Part shown: in pieces, positions 46,177-55,071 of the stretch
Layout: each line of letters opens with the position of its first letter
How positions within the stretch are numbered: position 1 is the first letter of the stretch
DNA from: Anaerolineales bacterium
Lineage (GTDB): Bacteria > Chloroflexota > Anaerolineae > Anaerolineales > UBA11579
Assembly (NCBI GenBank): GCA_020059485.1
Contig: JAGVCA010000019.1
Coordinates: forward strand, 24,894-88,893
DNA: 64,000 bases
Direction of reading: 5' to 3'
Program-made: the position numbers and the translations under genes
The notes under the pieces: generated by a model
Seen by the model: the letters and a program-made list of their open reading frames with translations, nothing else
Told to the model about the DNA's origin: nothing
Databases searched by the model: none

Positions 46177-46324
46177 ACACCAATTCTACTCCAGGAGGAT
46201 CGGGCTATCTAACGAGATATTCATCTAATAATCGGGCAAGTTTGGTTATAATTTTTTCCGACACCAGGGGAATCCAGGCGGGAATCCCCGGATCCAACAC
46301 CCACCAACCTTACGGGAGGCACAC

Positions 46325-47377
46325 ATGACCACCATGCGATACCGGCTGCTGGGACAAAGCGGTCTGCGCGTTTCGGAACTGGCCTTGGGAACCATGACCT
46401 TTGGCGAGGACTGGGGCTGGGGCGCCAGTCGATCAGAATCCAAAAAGATGTTTGACATGTTCGCCGAATCCGGCGGCAACTTCATCGACACAGCCATCAA
46501 CTACACCAATGGTACCAGTGAGAAATTTGTCGGCGACTTCATCCAGTCCGACCGGGACTATTTCGTGGTTGCCACCAAATACAGCCTGCGGGACAACAAT
46601 GCCAGCAAACTCGATCCAAACATCGGCGGCAATCAGCGCAAGAACATGATCCGAGCCGTCGAAACCAGCCTGAAAAACATGGGGACCGACTATATCGACC
46701 TGTATTATCTGCACATGTGGGACTTCACTACCCCGGTCGAAGAGGTCATGCGCGCCTTTGACGACCTGGTCCGTGACGGAAAGGTTCGTTATATCGGGAT
46801 TTCCGACACCCCGGCCTGGGTGATCTCAAAGGCCAACATGCTGGCCGAACTGCGCGGCTGGTCACGCTTTGTTGCCACCCAGTTCCCCTACAGCCTGGCA
46901 GGCCGAGACGCCGAACGGGAGATCATTCCCATGGCCCGCTCGGAAGACATCGCCATGACCGTCTGGGGCATCCTGGGCGGCGGCGTGCTGACCGGCAAGT
47001 ACCGGGATGAGAACGCCACCACCCGCTACGACCAGGCCAGTGAGGAACGCATGAAGTTAGCCGACGGGATCGTGGCATTGGCCAAAGAGTCCGGCGTGAC
47101 CCCCTCCCAACTGGCGATCAACTGGGTCCGGCAGCGGCCGGGCAGCGGCGCCCCGATCATCCCGATCCTGGGGGCGCGCACCCTGGCGCAACTGGAGGAC
47201 AACCTCGGCGCGCTGGACTTCTCTCTATCGGATTCGCAGGTTACCGAGCTGGATGCACTCGGTCCGGTCAAGCTCGGCTTCCCCTATGATTTTCTGACCA
47301 GCAGCGGCGTGCGCGAACTCCTGTTCGGTGAGACCTTCGAACTGACCGACAACCACCGCGAAATCCTCTGGAAGTAG
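46325..47377 (+). CDS. Aldo/keto reductase
   Basis: 350 aa. RLLGQSGLRVSELALGTMTFG and IDTAINYTNGTSE. SD GGGAGG. Confidence 0.9.
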   Translation: MTTMRYRLLGQSGLRVSELALGTMTFGEDWGWGASRSESKKMFDMFAESGGNFIDTAINYTNGTSEKFVGDFIQSDRDYFVVATKYSLRDNNASKLDPNIGGNQRKNMIRAVETSLKNMGTDYIDLYYLHMWDFTTPVEEVMRAFDDLVRDGKVRYIGISDTPAWVISKANMLAELRGWSRFVATQFPYSLAGRDAEREIIPMARSEDIAMTVWGILGGGVLTGKYRDENATTRYDQASEERMKLADGIVALAKESGVTPSQLAINWVRQRPGSGAPIIPILGARTLAQLEDNLGALDFSLSDSQVTELDALGPVKLGFPYDFLTSSGVRELLFGETFELTDNHREILWK

Positions 47378-47384
47378 GCACGAA

Positions 47385-47420
47385 AACAGGCCGGGCATCG
47401 ATTCGACTGCCCGGCCTGTT
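47385..47420. terminator. Terminator hairpin between convergent genes
   Basis: 13-bp stem AACAGGCCGGGCA/TGCCCGGCCTGTT. The minus-strand reading is followed by TTTTCG. Confidence 0.65.
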
Positions 47421-47434
47421 GTTCCACCTTTGGA

Positions 47435-47668
47435 TCAAGCCTCGTCGGTCAGGCAGGTTAATGTTTCGATCACGCCCGGGATCGGCTGGATGACATTCGC
47501 CAGCAGCGAACCGAGTTCATCGAGGTTCTCGACATGCACCTTGGCGACTGCATCATACGGGCCAAAGGTCATGCTGGCCTCCAGCACTTTTTCGGACCGT
47601 TTGAGGTTCTTGACCACCTCTCTCACCCGCCCCATGGTTACGTTGATCAGTACATACGCTTTCATCAA
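47435..47668 (-). CDS. Stand-alone Lrp/AsnC-type ligand-binding (RAM) domain protein
   Basis: 77 aa. MKAYVLINV...GPYDAVAKVHVENLDELG...IQPIPGVIETLT pattern. Confidence 0.75.
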   Translation of the reverse strand: MMKAYVLINVTMGRVREVVKNLKRSEKVLEASMTFGPYDAVAKVHVENLDELGSLLANVIQPIPGVIETLTCLTDEA

Positions 47669-47674
47669 ATCCTC

Positions 47675-48514
47675 CTATTCCTCGCGGTTCCGCAAGAAGA
47701 TCGACCAGTAGATCGCCGAGACTAAAACGCCTCCGCCCAGAATGTTTCCGATCGTCACCGGCAGCAGATTATTGAGCAGGAAATTGCCCCAGGTTAGCGC
47801 AGCCAGGTCCAGGCCTGTCGATGCGGCGAACCCGGGATCGAACATCTTGATCAGGATGGCGAAGGGGATAAAGTACATATTGGCGATACTGTGCTCAAAG
47901 CCAGCCGCCACAAAAGCCGTGATCGGGAAGATCACCGCCATGATCTTGTCCATCACACTGCGGGCGCTGAAGGTCAGCCAGACCGCCAGGCACACCAGCA
48001 CGTTGCACAGCGTGCCGAGCGCGATCGCCTGGCCAAACCCCAGTTCGACTTTGCCCAGTGCAATCTTTAGGGCTGTCTCGCCGACCGCCCCGCCACCAAA
48101 GGTATACTGTTGGCTGAAGAACACCAGCACCGCCGTCCCCAGCGACCCGACGAAATTGGCGGCATACACGATCACCCAGTTGCGCAACAGCGCCCCGGTG
48201 GAGACCTTTTTACTGGCCCATGCCATCACGATCAGGTTGTTGCCGGTGAACAGCTCCGCCCCAGCGATCACCACCAGGATCAGGCCCAGACAGAAGACCA
48301 GCCCGGTCAGTAGTTTCGCCACCCCAAACGGCAAAGCCGATGAGCCGGCTGCGGTGGTGGTGGCGAAAATCGCGCCAAATGAGATGAACGCGCCGGCCAG
48401 GATCCCGAGGGCAAAGGTCTTGAGGACCGCGTTTTCCGCCTTGCGCACACCCAGGTATTCCGCCCGTACCGCCATCTCCGCTGGCAGCAATGCATCGATT
48501 CGTATCTCGTTCAT
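47675..48514 (-). CDS. Formate/nitrite transporter (FNT) family channel
   Basis: 279 aa, 6 TM, conserved GFEHSIANMY and TGNNL. SD AGGAGAAGG. Confidence 0.9.
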   Translation of the reverse strand: MNEIRIDALLPAEMAVRAEYLGVRKAENAVLKTFALGILAGAFISFGAIFATTTAAGSSALPFGVAKLLTGLVFCLGLILVVIAGAELFTGNNLIVMAWASKKVSTGALLRNWVIVYAANFVGSLGTAVLVFFSQQYTFGGGAVGETALKIALGKVELGFGQAIALGTLCNVLVCLAVWLTFSARSVMDKIMAVIFPITAFVAAGFEHSIANMYFIPFAILIKMFDPGFAASTGLDLAALTWGNFLLNNLLPVTIGNILGGGVLVSAIYWSIFLRNREE

Positions 48515-48761
48515 ACCTTCTCCTAATAGTAATTAGTGATAATTTTCACAAAACCGCTTTATGATACTACAGCTTACCGTCCAGGGCAAGCAAAGCAGGA
48601 TTAACCGGTGATGAGGATTTATGCTCTATAACACAAAAGCCAGACGAGGGTTGTCAGCGCGGCTGCCACAGGCTGCCAGACTTACACCGGATTTCATCGA
48701 CAACTACCACCCGTGCGTCATGAGGGATCATCCAGATTCTGATACAAATCTAACAAATCCC

Positions 48762-48790
48762 TTGACATGATAAAATTTCGGTAGTAAGAT
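48762..48790 (+). promoter_or_regulatory. Sigma70-type promoter of the leader and exporter cluster
   Basis: TTGACA (48762-48767), 17 nt, TAAGAT (48785-48790). Confidence 0.7.
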
Positions 48791-48834
48791 CACACCCGGC
48801 TTCGCAAAAAGCCGAAATTTTTGAAAGGAGACCT

Positions 48835-48939
48835 ATGCGTAACATGGCAAGCTACACAAGCACAATCAACTTCACCATCCGCATCCGCATTTCGCCCGCC
48901 GGATTCGCTGGTGTTGCCGTGTCGCATTGCGTCTGTTGA
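48835..48939 (+). CDS. 34-codon leader/small ORF
   Basis: AAAGGAG lies 4 nt upstream of the ATG. Peptide MRNMASYTSTINFTIRIRISPAGFAGVAVSHCVC. It is too short for the ORF track. Confidence 0.5.
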   Translation: MRNMASYTSTINFTIRIRISPAGFAGVAVSHCVC

Positions 48940-48967
48940 CCGTTTGACCCTATCAGGTTAAACCACG

Positions 48968-49006
48968 GCCACGGGCGCAGCGACAAAGCCCGTGGCTGTT
49001 TTTATT
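48968..49006 (+). terminator. Intrinsic terminator T1 in the leader
   Basis: GCCACGGGC-11 nt-GCCCGTGGC followed by TGTTTTTATT. Confidence 0.8.
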
Positions 49007-49035
49007 CTCGCAATCGGAGTACGCCAACTCCGCTT

Positions 49036-49075
49036 ACGGCCACGGGAAAACCGCCCCGCTGGCCGTTTTGTTTTT
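49036..49075 (+). terminator. Intrinsic terminator T2 in the leader
   Basis: ACGGCCACGGG...CCCGCTGGCCGT followed by TTTTGTTTTT. It shares the 11-mer ACGGCCACGGG with T1. Confidence 0.8.
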
Positions 49076-49133
49076 CCAGGCCGGGGCAAGGAGAAGAACG
49101 CAGAACCGACTCAGTCTGCAAAGGAGAACAGAA

Positions 49134-50078
49134 ATGACGACAAATGCAATCATCGTGAATAAAGTGACCAAGCGTTTCGGCAAGAGCACACCCGCCCTGT
49201 GGCGTAAACTGCGCCCCGGCAAGAACGGCAGCGGCAAACCCGAGGCCTCCGGCCCGGTGCTGGCTCTCGACAGTGTGTCCTTCCAGGTCAAGCAAGGTGA
49301 GATCTTCGGCGTGCTCGGTCCGAACGGCTCCGGCAAATCGACCCTGATCCGCCTGATGGCCACCTTGCTGCTAGCCGATGAAGGGAACGTCACCGTCCAC
49401 GGGCTGGACCCGGCCGTGACCCCACTGGCGGTCCAGCAGCTCATCAACCGGGTTTCGGTCGAAGCCAGCTTCTTCAAGAAGCTCTCGCCGATGGAAAACC
49501 TGATCTATGGCGCCCGGCTGTACGGCATGGGCGGCAAAGAGATCCGGCGGCGAGTGGTCGAGATCCTCACCCGGCTCGGGCTTGAAAAGCGCAGCATCTA
49601 CAACCCGATGGAAGAGATGTCCCGCGGCATGCAGCAGAAAGTTGCCATCGCCCGGGCGTTGCTCTCCCGGCCGAAGATCCTGCTGCTCGACGAGCCGACC
49701 ACCGGCCTCGACCCAGTCTCCAAACGGGAAGTGCAGGCGGTCGTGCAGGAACTGAAAGAGCGGGATGGCACCACCATCCTGCTGACCACGCACGACATGA
49801 ACGAGGCCGAGATCCTCTGCGACCGGGTGGCGATCATCCACAAGGGCAAACTGATCGCCCTGGATACGCCCGAAGCCCTCAAGGACCTGGTCCCTCGGCT
49901 GAACGGTCACAAACCGAGCCTGGAAGATGTCTTCATCCACCTGACCGGCGACAAGCTGAAGGAAGAAGAGAAAGAAGACATCGAAGCCGCCCAATCAATG
50001 GTCCGGGCGCTGACACAAGAACATCAGGAACCAGCCGATCAGATCGAGCCGGCCCTGCTGGAACAGGAAAAGGAGTAA
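49134..50078 (+). CDS. ABC transporter ATP-binding protein (ABC-2/DrrA-like exporter subunit)
   Basis: The ATG at 49134 is preceded by AAAGGAGAA. Walker A GPNGSGKST, signature MSRGMQQK, Walker B ILLLDEPT, H-loop TTHDM. Confidence 0.9.
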   Translation: MTTNAIIVNKVTKRFGKSTPALWRKLRPGKNGSGKPEASGPVLALDSVSFQVKQGEIFGVLGPNGSGKSTLIRLMATLLLADEGNVTVHGLDPAVTPLAVQQLINRVSVEASFFKKLSPMENLIYGARLYGMGGKEIRRRVVEILTRLGLEKRSIYNPMEEMSRGMQQKVAIARALLSRPKILLLDEPTTGLDPVSKREVQAVVQELKERDGTTILLTTHDMNEAEILCDRVAIIHKGKLIALDTPEALKDLVPRLNGHKPSLEDVFIHLTGDKLKEEEKEDIEAAQSMVRALTQEHQEPADQIEPALLEQEKE

Positions 50079-50083
50079 AGATT

Positions 50084-50914
50084 ATGACGACAGCCATACA
50101 AAACATACAGGCGACCTATGCGTTCATGGAGCGCAATGCCAACCTGGTCAAGCGCTATTGGGCCTGGGAACTGGTCTGGATGACCTACTCGATCGCCAAC
50201 AGCCTGTCGGTCAGCTTCATCGGCCTGGGCATGGAGGCGCTCTCAGGTCAGGAAGCCAATATCGATGGCCGCTTCCTGGTACTTTACCTGGTCATCGGCA
50301 CCCTCGTGTGGCGCTACCTGACCACAGTGTTCTACTGGATCACAGAAGTGATCTCGATCGAACGCTGGGAGGGCACGATCGAATACACCCTGATGGCCCC
50401 GGTGCGCCGGGTGGTGCACATGGCCGGACAAACCATCTTTGCAGTTTTCTACGGTTTGTTCTTCACAGGTGTGATCATGGGTGTGACAGTGCTGATCTTC
50501 GACCTTGACCTCTCTCAGGCCAATGTCCTGGGTGGGCTGGTCATGCTGGTGGCGGGAAGCTTCTCGTTCATTGGCATCAGCATCATGGTCTCGGTCCTGC
50601 CACTGCTCTTCCCCGAGCGCGGCGCCCAGATGACGCATATCGTGATCGCCGTCTTGTTGTTGGTCTCCGGGGTGTACTACCCCATCGAAGTTCTACCGAA
50701 GTGGCTTCAAGTCGTCGGCGTGGCCAGCCCGGCCACATACGTGCTCGATGGTGTGCGCCTTGCCCTCCTGGAGGGGACACCGACTTTGTCCCTCTGGCCG
50801 CAGATCTGGCCAGTCATCCTGATGGGCGCAGCGCTGATCCCGGCAGGCCTGTGGGTTTTCAACCTTGCGGAACGGTACGCCAAGCGTGCCGGAAAGCTGG
50901 CACGTAACGGATAA
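50084..50914 (+). CDS. ABC-2 type transporter permease
   Basis: 276 aa with 6 hydrophobic segments. It starts 5 nt after the ATPase gene, with SD AAGGAG. Confidence 0.85.
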   Translation: MTTAIQNIQATYAFMERNANLVKRYWAWELVWMTYSIANSLSVSFIGLGMEALSGQEANIDGRFLVLYLVIGTLVWRYLTTVFYWITEVISIERWEGTIEYTLMAPVRRVVHMAGQTIFAVFYGLFFTGVIMGVTVLIFDLDLSQANVLGGLVMLVAGSFSFIGISIMVSVLPLLFPERGAQMTHIVIAVLLLVSGVYYPIEVLPKWLQVVGVASPATYVLDGVRLALLEGTPTLSLWPQIWPVILMGAALIPAGLWVFNLAERYAKRAGKLARNG

Positions 50915-51006
50915 CCGGTCCGGATACAAGGTTGCCTCCCGCAATGACCCCTTCACCCTTTCCCGCCGCTCTGCCGGTCCGGGAAAGACAAGCCGAGGAG
51001 GCAGAC

Positions 51007-51261
51007 ATGTTTCGCCAGTTGTTTAACCTGATCCAGCGTTCCCGGGCGGAAACCCCGGAACCAGGACATTACCAAATGAAAAGTACGACCGCACTGGACT
51101 GGCAGCCGCTGGATGTCTCCCGGCTGAACCTGACCAGCGAGCGGCTGCGGCAGATCGAGGCCACCCTGGCCGAGAAAACCCGCGCCGAGTTTGCGGCCGT
51201 CACGCGTGAGCTGAACGGCACTCAGTCGCCCAGCTCGAAGGAAAACACCAGCTCAAACTAG
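51007..51261 (+). CDS. Hypothetical 84-aa soluble protein
   Basis: GAGGAGG lies 5 nt upstream of the ATG at 51007. No recognisable motif. Confidence 0.5.
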   Translation: MFRQLFNLIQRSRAETPEPGHYQMKSTTALDWQPLDVSRLNLTSERLRQIEATLAEKTRAEFAAVTRELNGTQSPSSKENTSSN

Positions 51262-51295
51262 GGAGCGAGGAGGATGGTTCATCCTCCTCGCTTCC
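51261..51295 (+). other. Intercistronic 16-bp hairpin without a U-tract
   Basis: GGGAGCGAGGAGGATG-gtt-CATCCTCCTCGCTTCC starts at the stop codon of the preceding ORF. Confidence 0.7.
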
Positions 51296-51313
51296 AGCAA
51301 AAAAGGACGAGAA

Positions 51314-52336
51314 ATGAGTATTCAGACAGAAACCATAATGATTATCAATGTCCCCGCGATCGACGGACTCACCTTCCGCGGCTTTCGCGGAGAAGAGGAC
51401 TACCCTGTCATGGCCGCCATTATCAATGCTGCCAACCTGGCCGATGGGGAAAATAATGTTGTTAAGGCGGAAGAGATCGCCGTCAACTATGCCCACCTCC
51501 AGCGCTCGAATACCGCCACCGATATGGTCTTCATCGAAGTGGACGGCCAGCCGGTCGGTTATGGCCGCTGCATGTGGGATCAGGATGCCGAAGGCGATTA
51601 TCTCTACTCCTTCTTCCTGCACATGGTGCCGAAATGGCGCGGCAAAGGGATTGGCCGGCCGGTGATCGCCCACTTCCTGAGCCGCCTGGCGGAGATCTCC
51701 GCCGAGCACCCTGCCGATGCGCCTAAGTACTACCAGTCCTGGGCCGGCAATCACCAGGTGTGGTACCTCGGACTCCTCAAGTCCTCCGGGATGGTCCCGG
51801 TCCGCTGGGGGTTTGAGATGGTCCGCCCGTGCAGCCAGCCGGTACAGATCACCGCGCTGCCGGCCGGGCTCGAAGTCCAACCGGTGGACGAGCGCCACTA
51901 CCGCGCCATCTGGGAAGCCGATGTGGAAGCCTTCCGCGACCACTGGGGGTTTGTCGAACCCACCGAGGAAGACTATCTGGCCTGGATCGAACAGCCTGAG
52001 ATCGACCCCAGTCTGTGGAAGGTCGCCTTCGATGGCGACGAGGTCGTCGGGATGGTGCGTAACTACATCAACAAAGACGAAAACCTTAACCGCGGTATCC
52101 AGCGCGGCTACACGGAGAACATCAGCGTCCGCCGGCCTTGGCGCCGTCAGGGCGTCGCCCGCGCCCTCCTCACCGAGAGCATCCAGATGTTCATTGACAT
52201 GGGTATGGACGAGACCGCCCTGGGCGTGGATACCGAGAACCCCAGCGGTGCGCTTGATCTATACCTCAACGTCGGCTACATGGAAATCAAGCGCGGCGCG
52301 ACCTACCGTAAACCAATTACAGGAGATCAGAAATGA
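51314..52336 (+). CDS. Two-domain GNAT N-acetyltransferase (MshD-like architecture), copy 1
   Basis: 340 aa. Acetyl-CoA motifs VPKWRGKGIGRPV and VRRPWRRQGVARAL. FRDHWGF links the halves. Confidence 0.85.
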   Translation: MSIQTETIMIINVPAIDGLTFRGFRGEEDYPVMAAIINAANLADGENNVVKAEEIAVNYAHLQRSNTATDMVFIEVDGQPVGYGRCMWDQDAEGDYLYSFFLHMVPKWRGKGIGRPVIAHFLSRLAEISAEHPADAPKYYQSWAGNHQVWYLGLLKSSGMVPVRWGFEMVRPCSQPVQITALPAGLEVQPVDERHYRAIWEADVEAFRDHWGFVEPTEEDYLAWIEQPEIDPSLWKVAFDGDEVVGMVRNYINKDENLNRGIQRGYTENISVRRPWRRQGVARALLTESIQMFIDMGMDETALGVDTENPSGALDLYLNVGYMEIKRGATYRKPITGDQK

Positions 52337-53361
52337 AAACGATCAACCGACCCGAGATCAATCTGGGGCCTGCTGCTGCCAGCGAAGGGTTGACCTTCCG
52401 CTACTACCAGGGCAAAGCAGACCACCCCGGCCTGGTCGAACTGAACAACAGCGTCTACGAATTCGCAGAGATTGACGAACGCGACACGCTGACCAACTTC
52501 GACATCTGGTTCAGCAATCTGAAGAACTGCGACCCGTATCAGGATATGGTGATAGCCGAAGCCAACGGCAAAATGGCTGCGAGTATCCGGGTGATGTGGA
52601 ACGAAGAACAGGACGGCAAGTTTGTCTATACCGTCAGCAACTACATCCATCCGGATTGGCTGGAAACGCCGCTGCCCGACAGCATGCACGCCTGGGGTGA
52701 ACAGCGCGTCCGCCAGATCAGCGCCAGCCATCGAGCCGACGCTCCCCGCTTCTTTGAAGCCTGGGCCAGCGAGACCGAAACGGCCTTCATCCGGATGCTG
52801 AAAGGAAGGGACTACTTTGAAGAACGTTATTTCTTCGAGATGGTGCGCGACCTGACCCAGCCGATCCCCCCGGCGGAACTGCCCGAAGGCGTAGTATTTC
52901 GCCCGGTGACCGATGAGCACTACCGCAAAATCTTCGACGGGATGGATGAAGCCTTCCGCGACCACTGGGGCCACTCCGAGGGGACCGAAGAGGACTACCA
53001 GCGCTTCCTCCACCGGATCAAGGAAATGGACGGTTACAACCCAGACTGGTGGGTCGTGGCCTGGGATGGCGAAGAATTCGCCGGGATCGTGATGAACAAG
53101 ATCTTCGCGGAAGAAAATCAGCTCCTCGGCCTCCAGCGCGGCTGGACCGACCCGATCTGCGTCCGGCGGCCGTGGCGTAAGCGCGGCGTCGCCACTGCCA
53201 TGATCAATCGCAGTATGCAGGTGCTGAAAGAAAACGGCATGGCCCAAGCTGCCCTGGGCGTTGACACCATCAACCCCAGCGGCGCGCTCCGTCTGTACCA
53301 GAACTGCGGCTACGTCAGCAAGCAGAAGCACATCACTTTCCGCAAGGAATTTCAGATCTGA
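52333..53361 (+). CDS. Two-domain GNAT N-acetyltransferase, copy 2
   Basis: 342 aa, paralogous to copy 1 (FRDHWGH, VRRPWRKRGVATAM, LGVDTINPSGALRLY). Start overlaps the upstream stop (ATGA). Confidence 0.85.
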   Translation: MKTINRPEINLGPAAASEGLTFRYYQGKADHPGLVELNNSVYEFAEIDERDTLTNFDIWFSNLKNCDPYQDMVIAEANGKMAASIRVMWNEEQDGKFVYTVSNYIHPDWLETPLPDSMHAWGEQRVRQISASHRADAPRFFEAWASETETAFIRMLKGRDYFEERYFFEMVRDLTQPIPPAELPEGVVFRPVTDEHYRKIFDGMDEAFRDHWGHSEGTEEDYQRFLHRIKEMDGYNPDWWVVAWDGEEFAGIVMNKIFAEENQLLGLQRGWTDPICVRRPWRKRGVATAMINRSMQVLKENGMAQAALGVDTINPSGALRLYQNCGYVSKQKHITFRKEFQI

Positions 53362-53364
53362 CAA

Positions 53365-53397
53365 ACAGGCTGGCCGTGAGGGGGACGGCCAGCCTGT
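53365..53397 (+). other. Intercistronic 13-bp hairpin without a U-tract
   Basis: ACAGGCTGGCCGT-gaggggg-ACGGCCAGCCTGT. Confidence 0.7.
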
Positions 53398-53409
53398 CAC
53401 ACAAAGGAC

Positions 53410-54414
53410 ATGAACATGCCACCACAACTTCCAGCGGGATTCACCAGCCGCCCGCCCACCCAGGATGACCTGCCGCTGGCCGCAGATCTGTTCAATGCCT
53501 GCTCACGCCAGATGATCGGCGCCGAAGAGTTCAACCCGTCCGATATCCAGACCGAATGGACCACGCCCGGCCTGAACGCCGAGACCGACCAGCACCTGGT
53601 ATTCTCACCCGATGGGCGTCTGGCCGGGTACGTCGAAGTCTGGACCCTCGGTGAGACCCCGGTCTATCCGTCGGTCTGGGGCCGCGTCCACCCGGATTTT
53701 GAAGGTCTCGGGATCGGTTCTGCGCTGTTGGCCTGGGCCGAAGCCCGCGCCCGTCAGGTCCTCGAGCAGGTGCCCGCCGATGCCCGCGTGGCCTTCCGCT
53801 GCGGGACGATCGATACGCATACACCTTCCAACCAGCTGTTGCAGGACTTCGACATGTCGCTGATCCGGCACAGTTATCAGATGCGCATTGCGATGGACGC
53901 CGCTCCGCCTGAACCGATCTGGCCGCAAGGCATCCAGGTCCGAAACTACCAGGATGGAGATATCAAAGCCGTTTATGAAGCCGACGACGAAGCCTTTCAG
54001 GACCATTTCGGATATGTGCCCGAGGACCCGGAAGCCAGCCTGGCGCGCTTCAGCCACTTTTTCCTGGAAGATGAAGGCTTCGACCCGGACCTGTGGTTTT
54101 TGGCGATGGACGGCAATCAGGTCGCCGCTGTCTGCCTGTGCCGCACACACAGCTGGGAAGATCCAACCATGGGCTGGGTTTCCTCGCTGGGCGTCCGGCG
54201 GCCATGGCGCAAACAAGGACTGGGATTGGCGTTGCTCCAGCATGCCTTTGGGGTATACTGGCGGCGCGGTTTAAAATCCGTCGGCCTGGGCGTGGATGGG
54301 CTCAACCTGACCGGCGCGCTGCGCCTGTATGAACGGGCGGGGATGCACGCCTATCGAACCTATCACCGTTATGAAAAGGAGATCCGTCCCGGCCGGGAAC
54401 TCTCTACCACCTAG
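53410..54414 (+). CDS. Two-domain GNAT N-acetyltransferase, copy 3
   Basis: 334 aa. FQDHFGY, GVRRPWRKQGLGLAL, LGVDGLNLTGALRLY. The start may instead be the ATG at 53416. Confidence 0.85.
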   Translation: MNMPPQLPAGFTSRPPTQDDLPLAADLFNACSRQMIGAEEFNPSDIQTEWTTPGLNAETDQHLVFSPDGRLAGYVEVWTLGETPVYPSVWGRVHPDFEGLGIGSALLAWAEARARQVLEQVPADARVAFRCGTIDTHTPSNQLLQDFDMSLIRHSYQMRIAMDAAPPEPIWPQGIQVRNYQDGDIKAVYEADDEAFQDHFGYVPEDPEASLARFSHFFLEDEGFDPDLWFLAMDGNQVAAVCLCRTHSWEDPTMGWVSSLGVRRPWRKQGLGLALLQHAFGVYWRRGLKSVGLGVDGLNLTGALRLYERAGMHAYRTYHRYEKEIRPGRELSTT

Positions 54415-54452
54415 CCGCGCAAGCTCCGGACAGACATGAAAGGGCTATACAC

Positions 54453-55058
54453 ATGACGATCGAATTGATCCTGTGGGATATTGGCGGGGTGCTGGAACGC
54501 ACCGAAGACCACGCGCCACGCCTGGCCCTGGCTGACCGTCTGGGCTGGGAAGTATCTGACCTAAGCCGGCTGTTCTTTGGCCACAGCGATCAATACAGCA
54601 TCCAGTTGGGGTACATCAGCATGGAAGAGCATTTTGCCCAACTCGCCCAGGCCCTCGCCCGGCCGGTGGATCAGATCCCGGCCCTGTGGGAAGCCTTCTT
54701 TGCCGGCGACCGGCTCGATCTGGGGCTGGTCTCTGCCATCCGGGTGCTTGCCCAGGACCATATCACTGGGGTGATCAGCAATTACACCCCGCAGCTCCGA
54801 GAAAAGATTGAAAACACCTGGCGGATCGGCGATGCGTTCGACCACCTGGTGATCTCCAGCGAAGTGGGCGTGATGAAACCGGATCCCGAGATTTACCGCA
54901 TTGCGCTGGAAACAGCCGGTGTGGCCGCCGACCGGGCGGTGTTCCTGGATGATTATTTGGAAAATGTGGCCGGTGCCCGTCAGGTGGGGATGCACGCGAT
55001 CCACTTCGTTACACCCGAGCAGGCCCTCCCTGAACTGGATGCCCTTCTCGGCAACTAA
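54453..55058 (+). CDS. HAD-superfamily hydrolase (subfamily IA, FDxGGVL type)
   Basis: 201 aa. Motif I LWDIGGVL, motif IV FLDDYLENV. Confidence 0.8.
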   Translation: MTIELILWDIGGVLERTEDHAPRLALADRLGWEVSDLSRLFFGHSDQYSIQLGYISMEEHFAQLAQALARPVDQIPALWEAFFAGDRLDLGLVSAIRVLAQDHITGVISNYTPQLREKIENTWRIGDAFDHLVISSEVGVMKPDPEIYRIALETAGVAADRAVFLDDYLENVAGARQVGMHAIHFVTPEQALPELDALLGN

Positions 55059-55071
55059 AAAGAGAAAAGAG

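Noticed and set aside
46270-46300. An imperfect inverted repeat, GGGGAATCC...GGAATCCCC, in the aldo-keto reductase 5' region.
   Set aside because: It is short, has a central mismatch and has no associated promoter or operator logic. It is likely incidental.
48940-49075. Resemblance of ACGGCCACGGG...ACAAAGCCCG to the 3' part of guanidine-I (ykkC) riboswitches, which often precede exporters.
   Set aside because: The conserved 5' elements (GGGUUCCG and GGUCCGAGAG type) are absent from the leader. Both copies fold as plain terminators. An Rfam covariance-model scan would settle it.
48937-49137. Selenocysteine read-through of the leader ORF. The frame stays open for 65 more codons after the TGA at 48937 (context ...HCVC-TGA) and ends at a TGA overlapping the ABC start codon. 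selA is also in the window.
   Set aside because: The extension translates to Arg/Pro-rich low-complexity text and runs straight through two canonical U-tract terminators. The first strong hairpin starts about 30 nt after the UGA with a loop unlike a bacterial SECIS. Long open frames are expected by chance at this GC content. I kept only a low-probability note.
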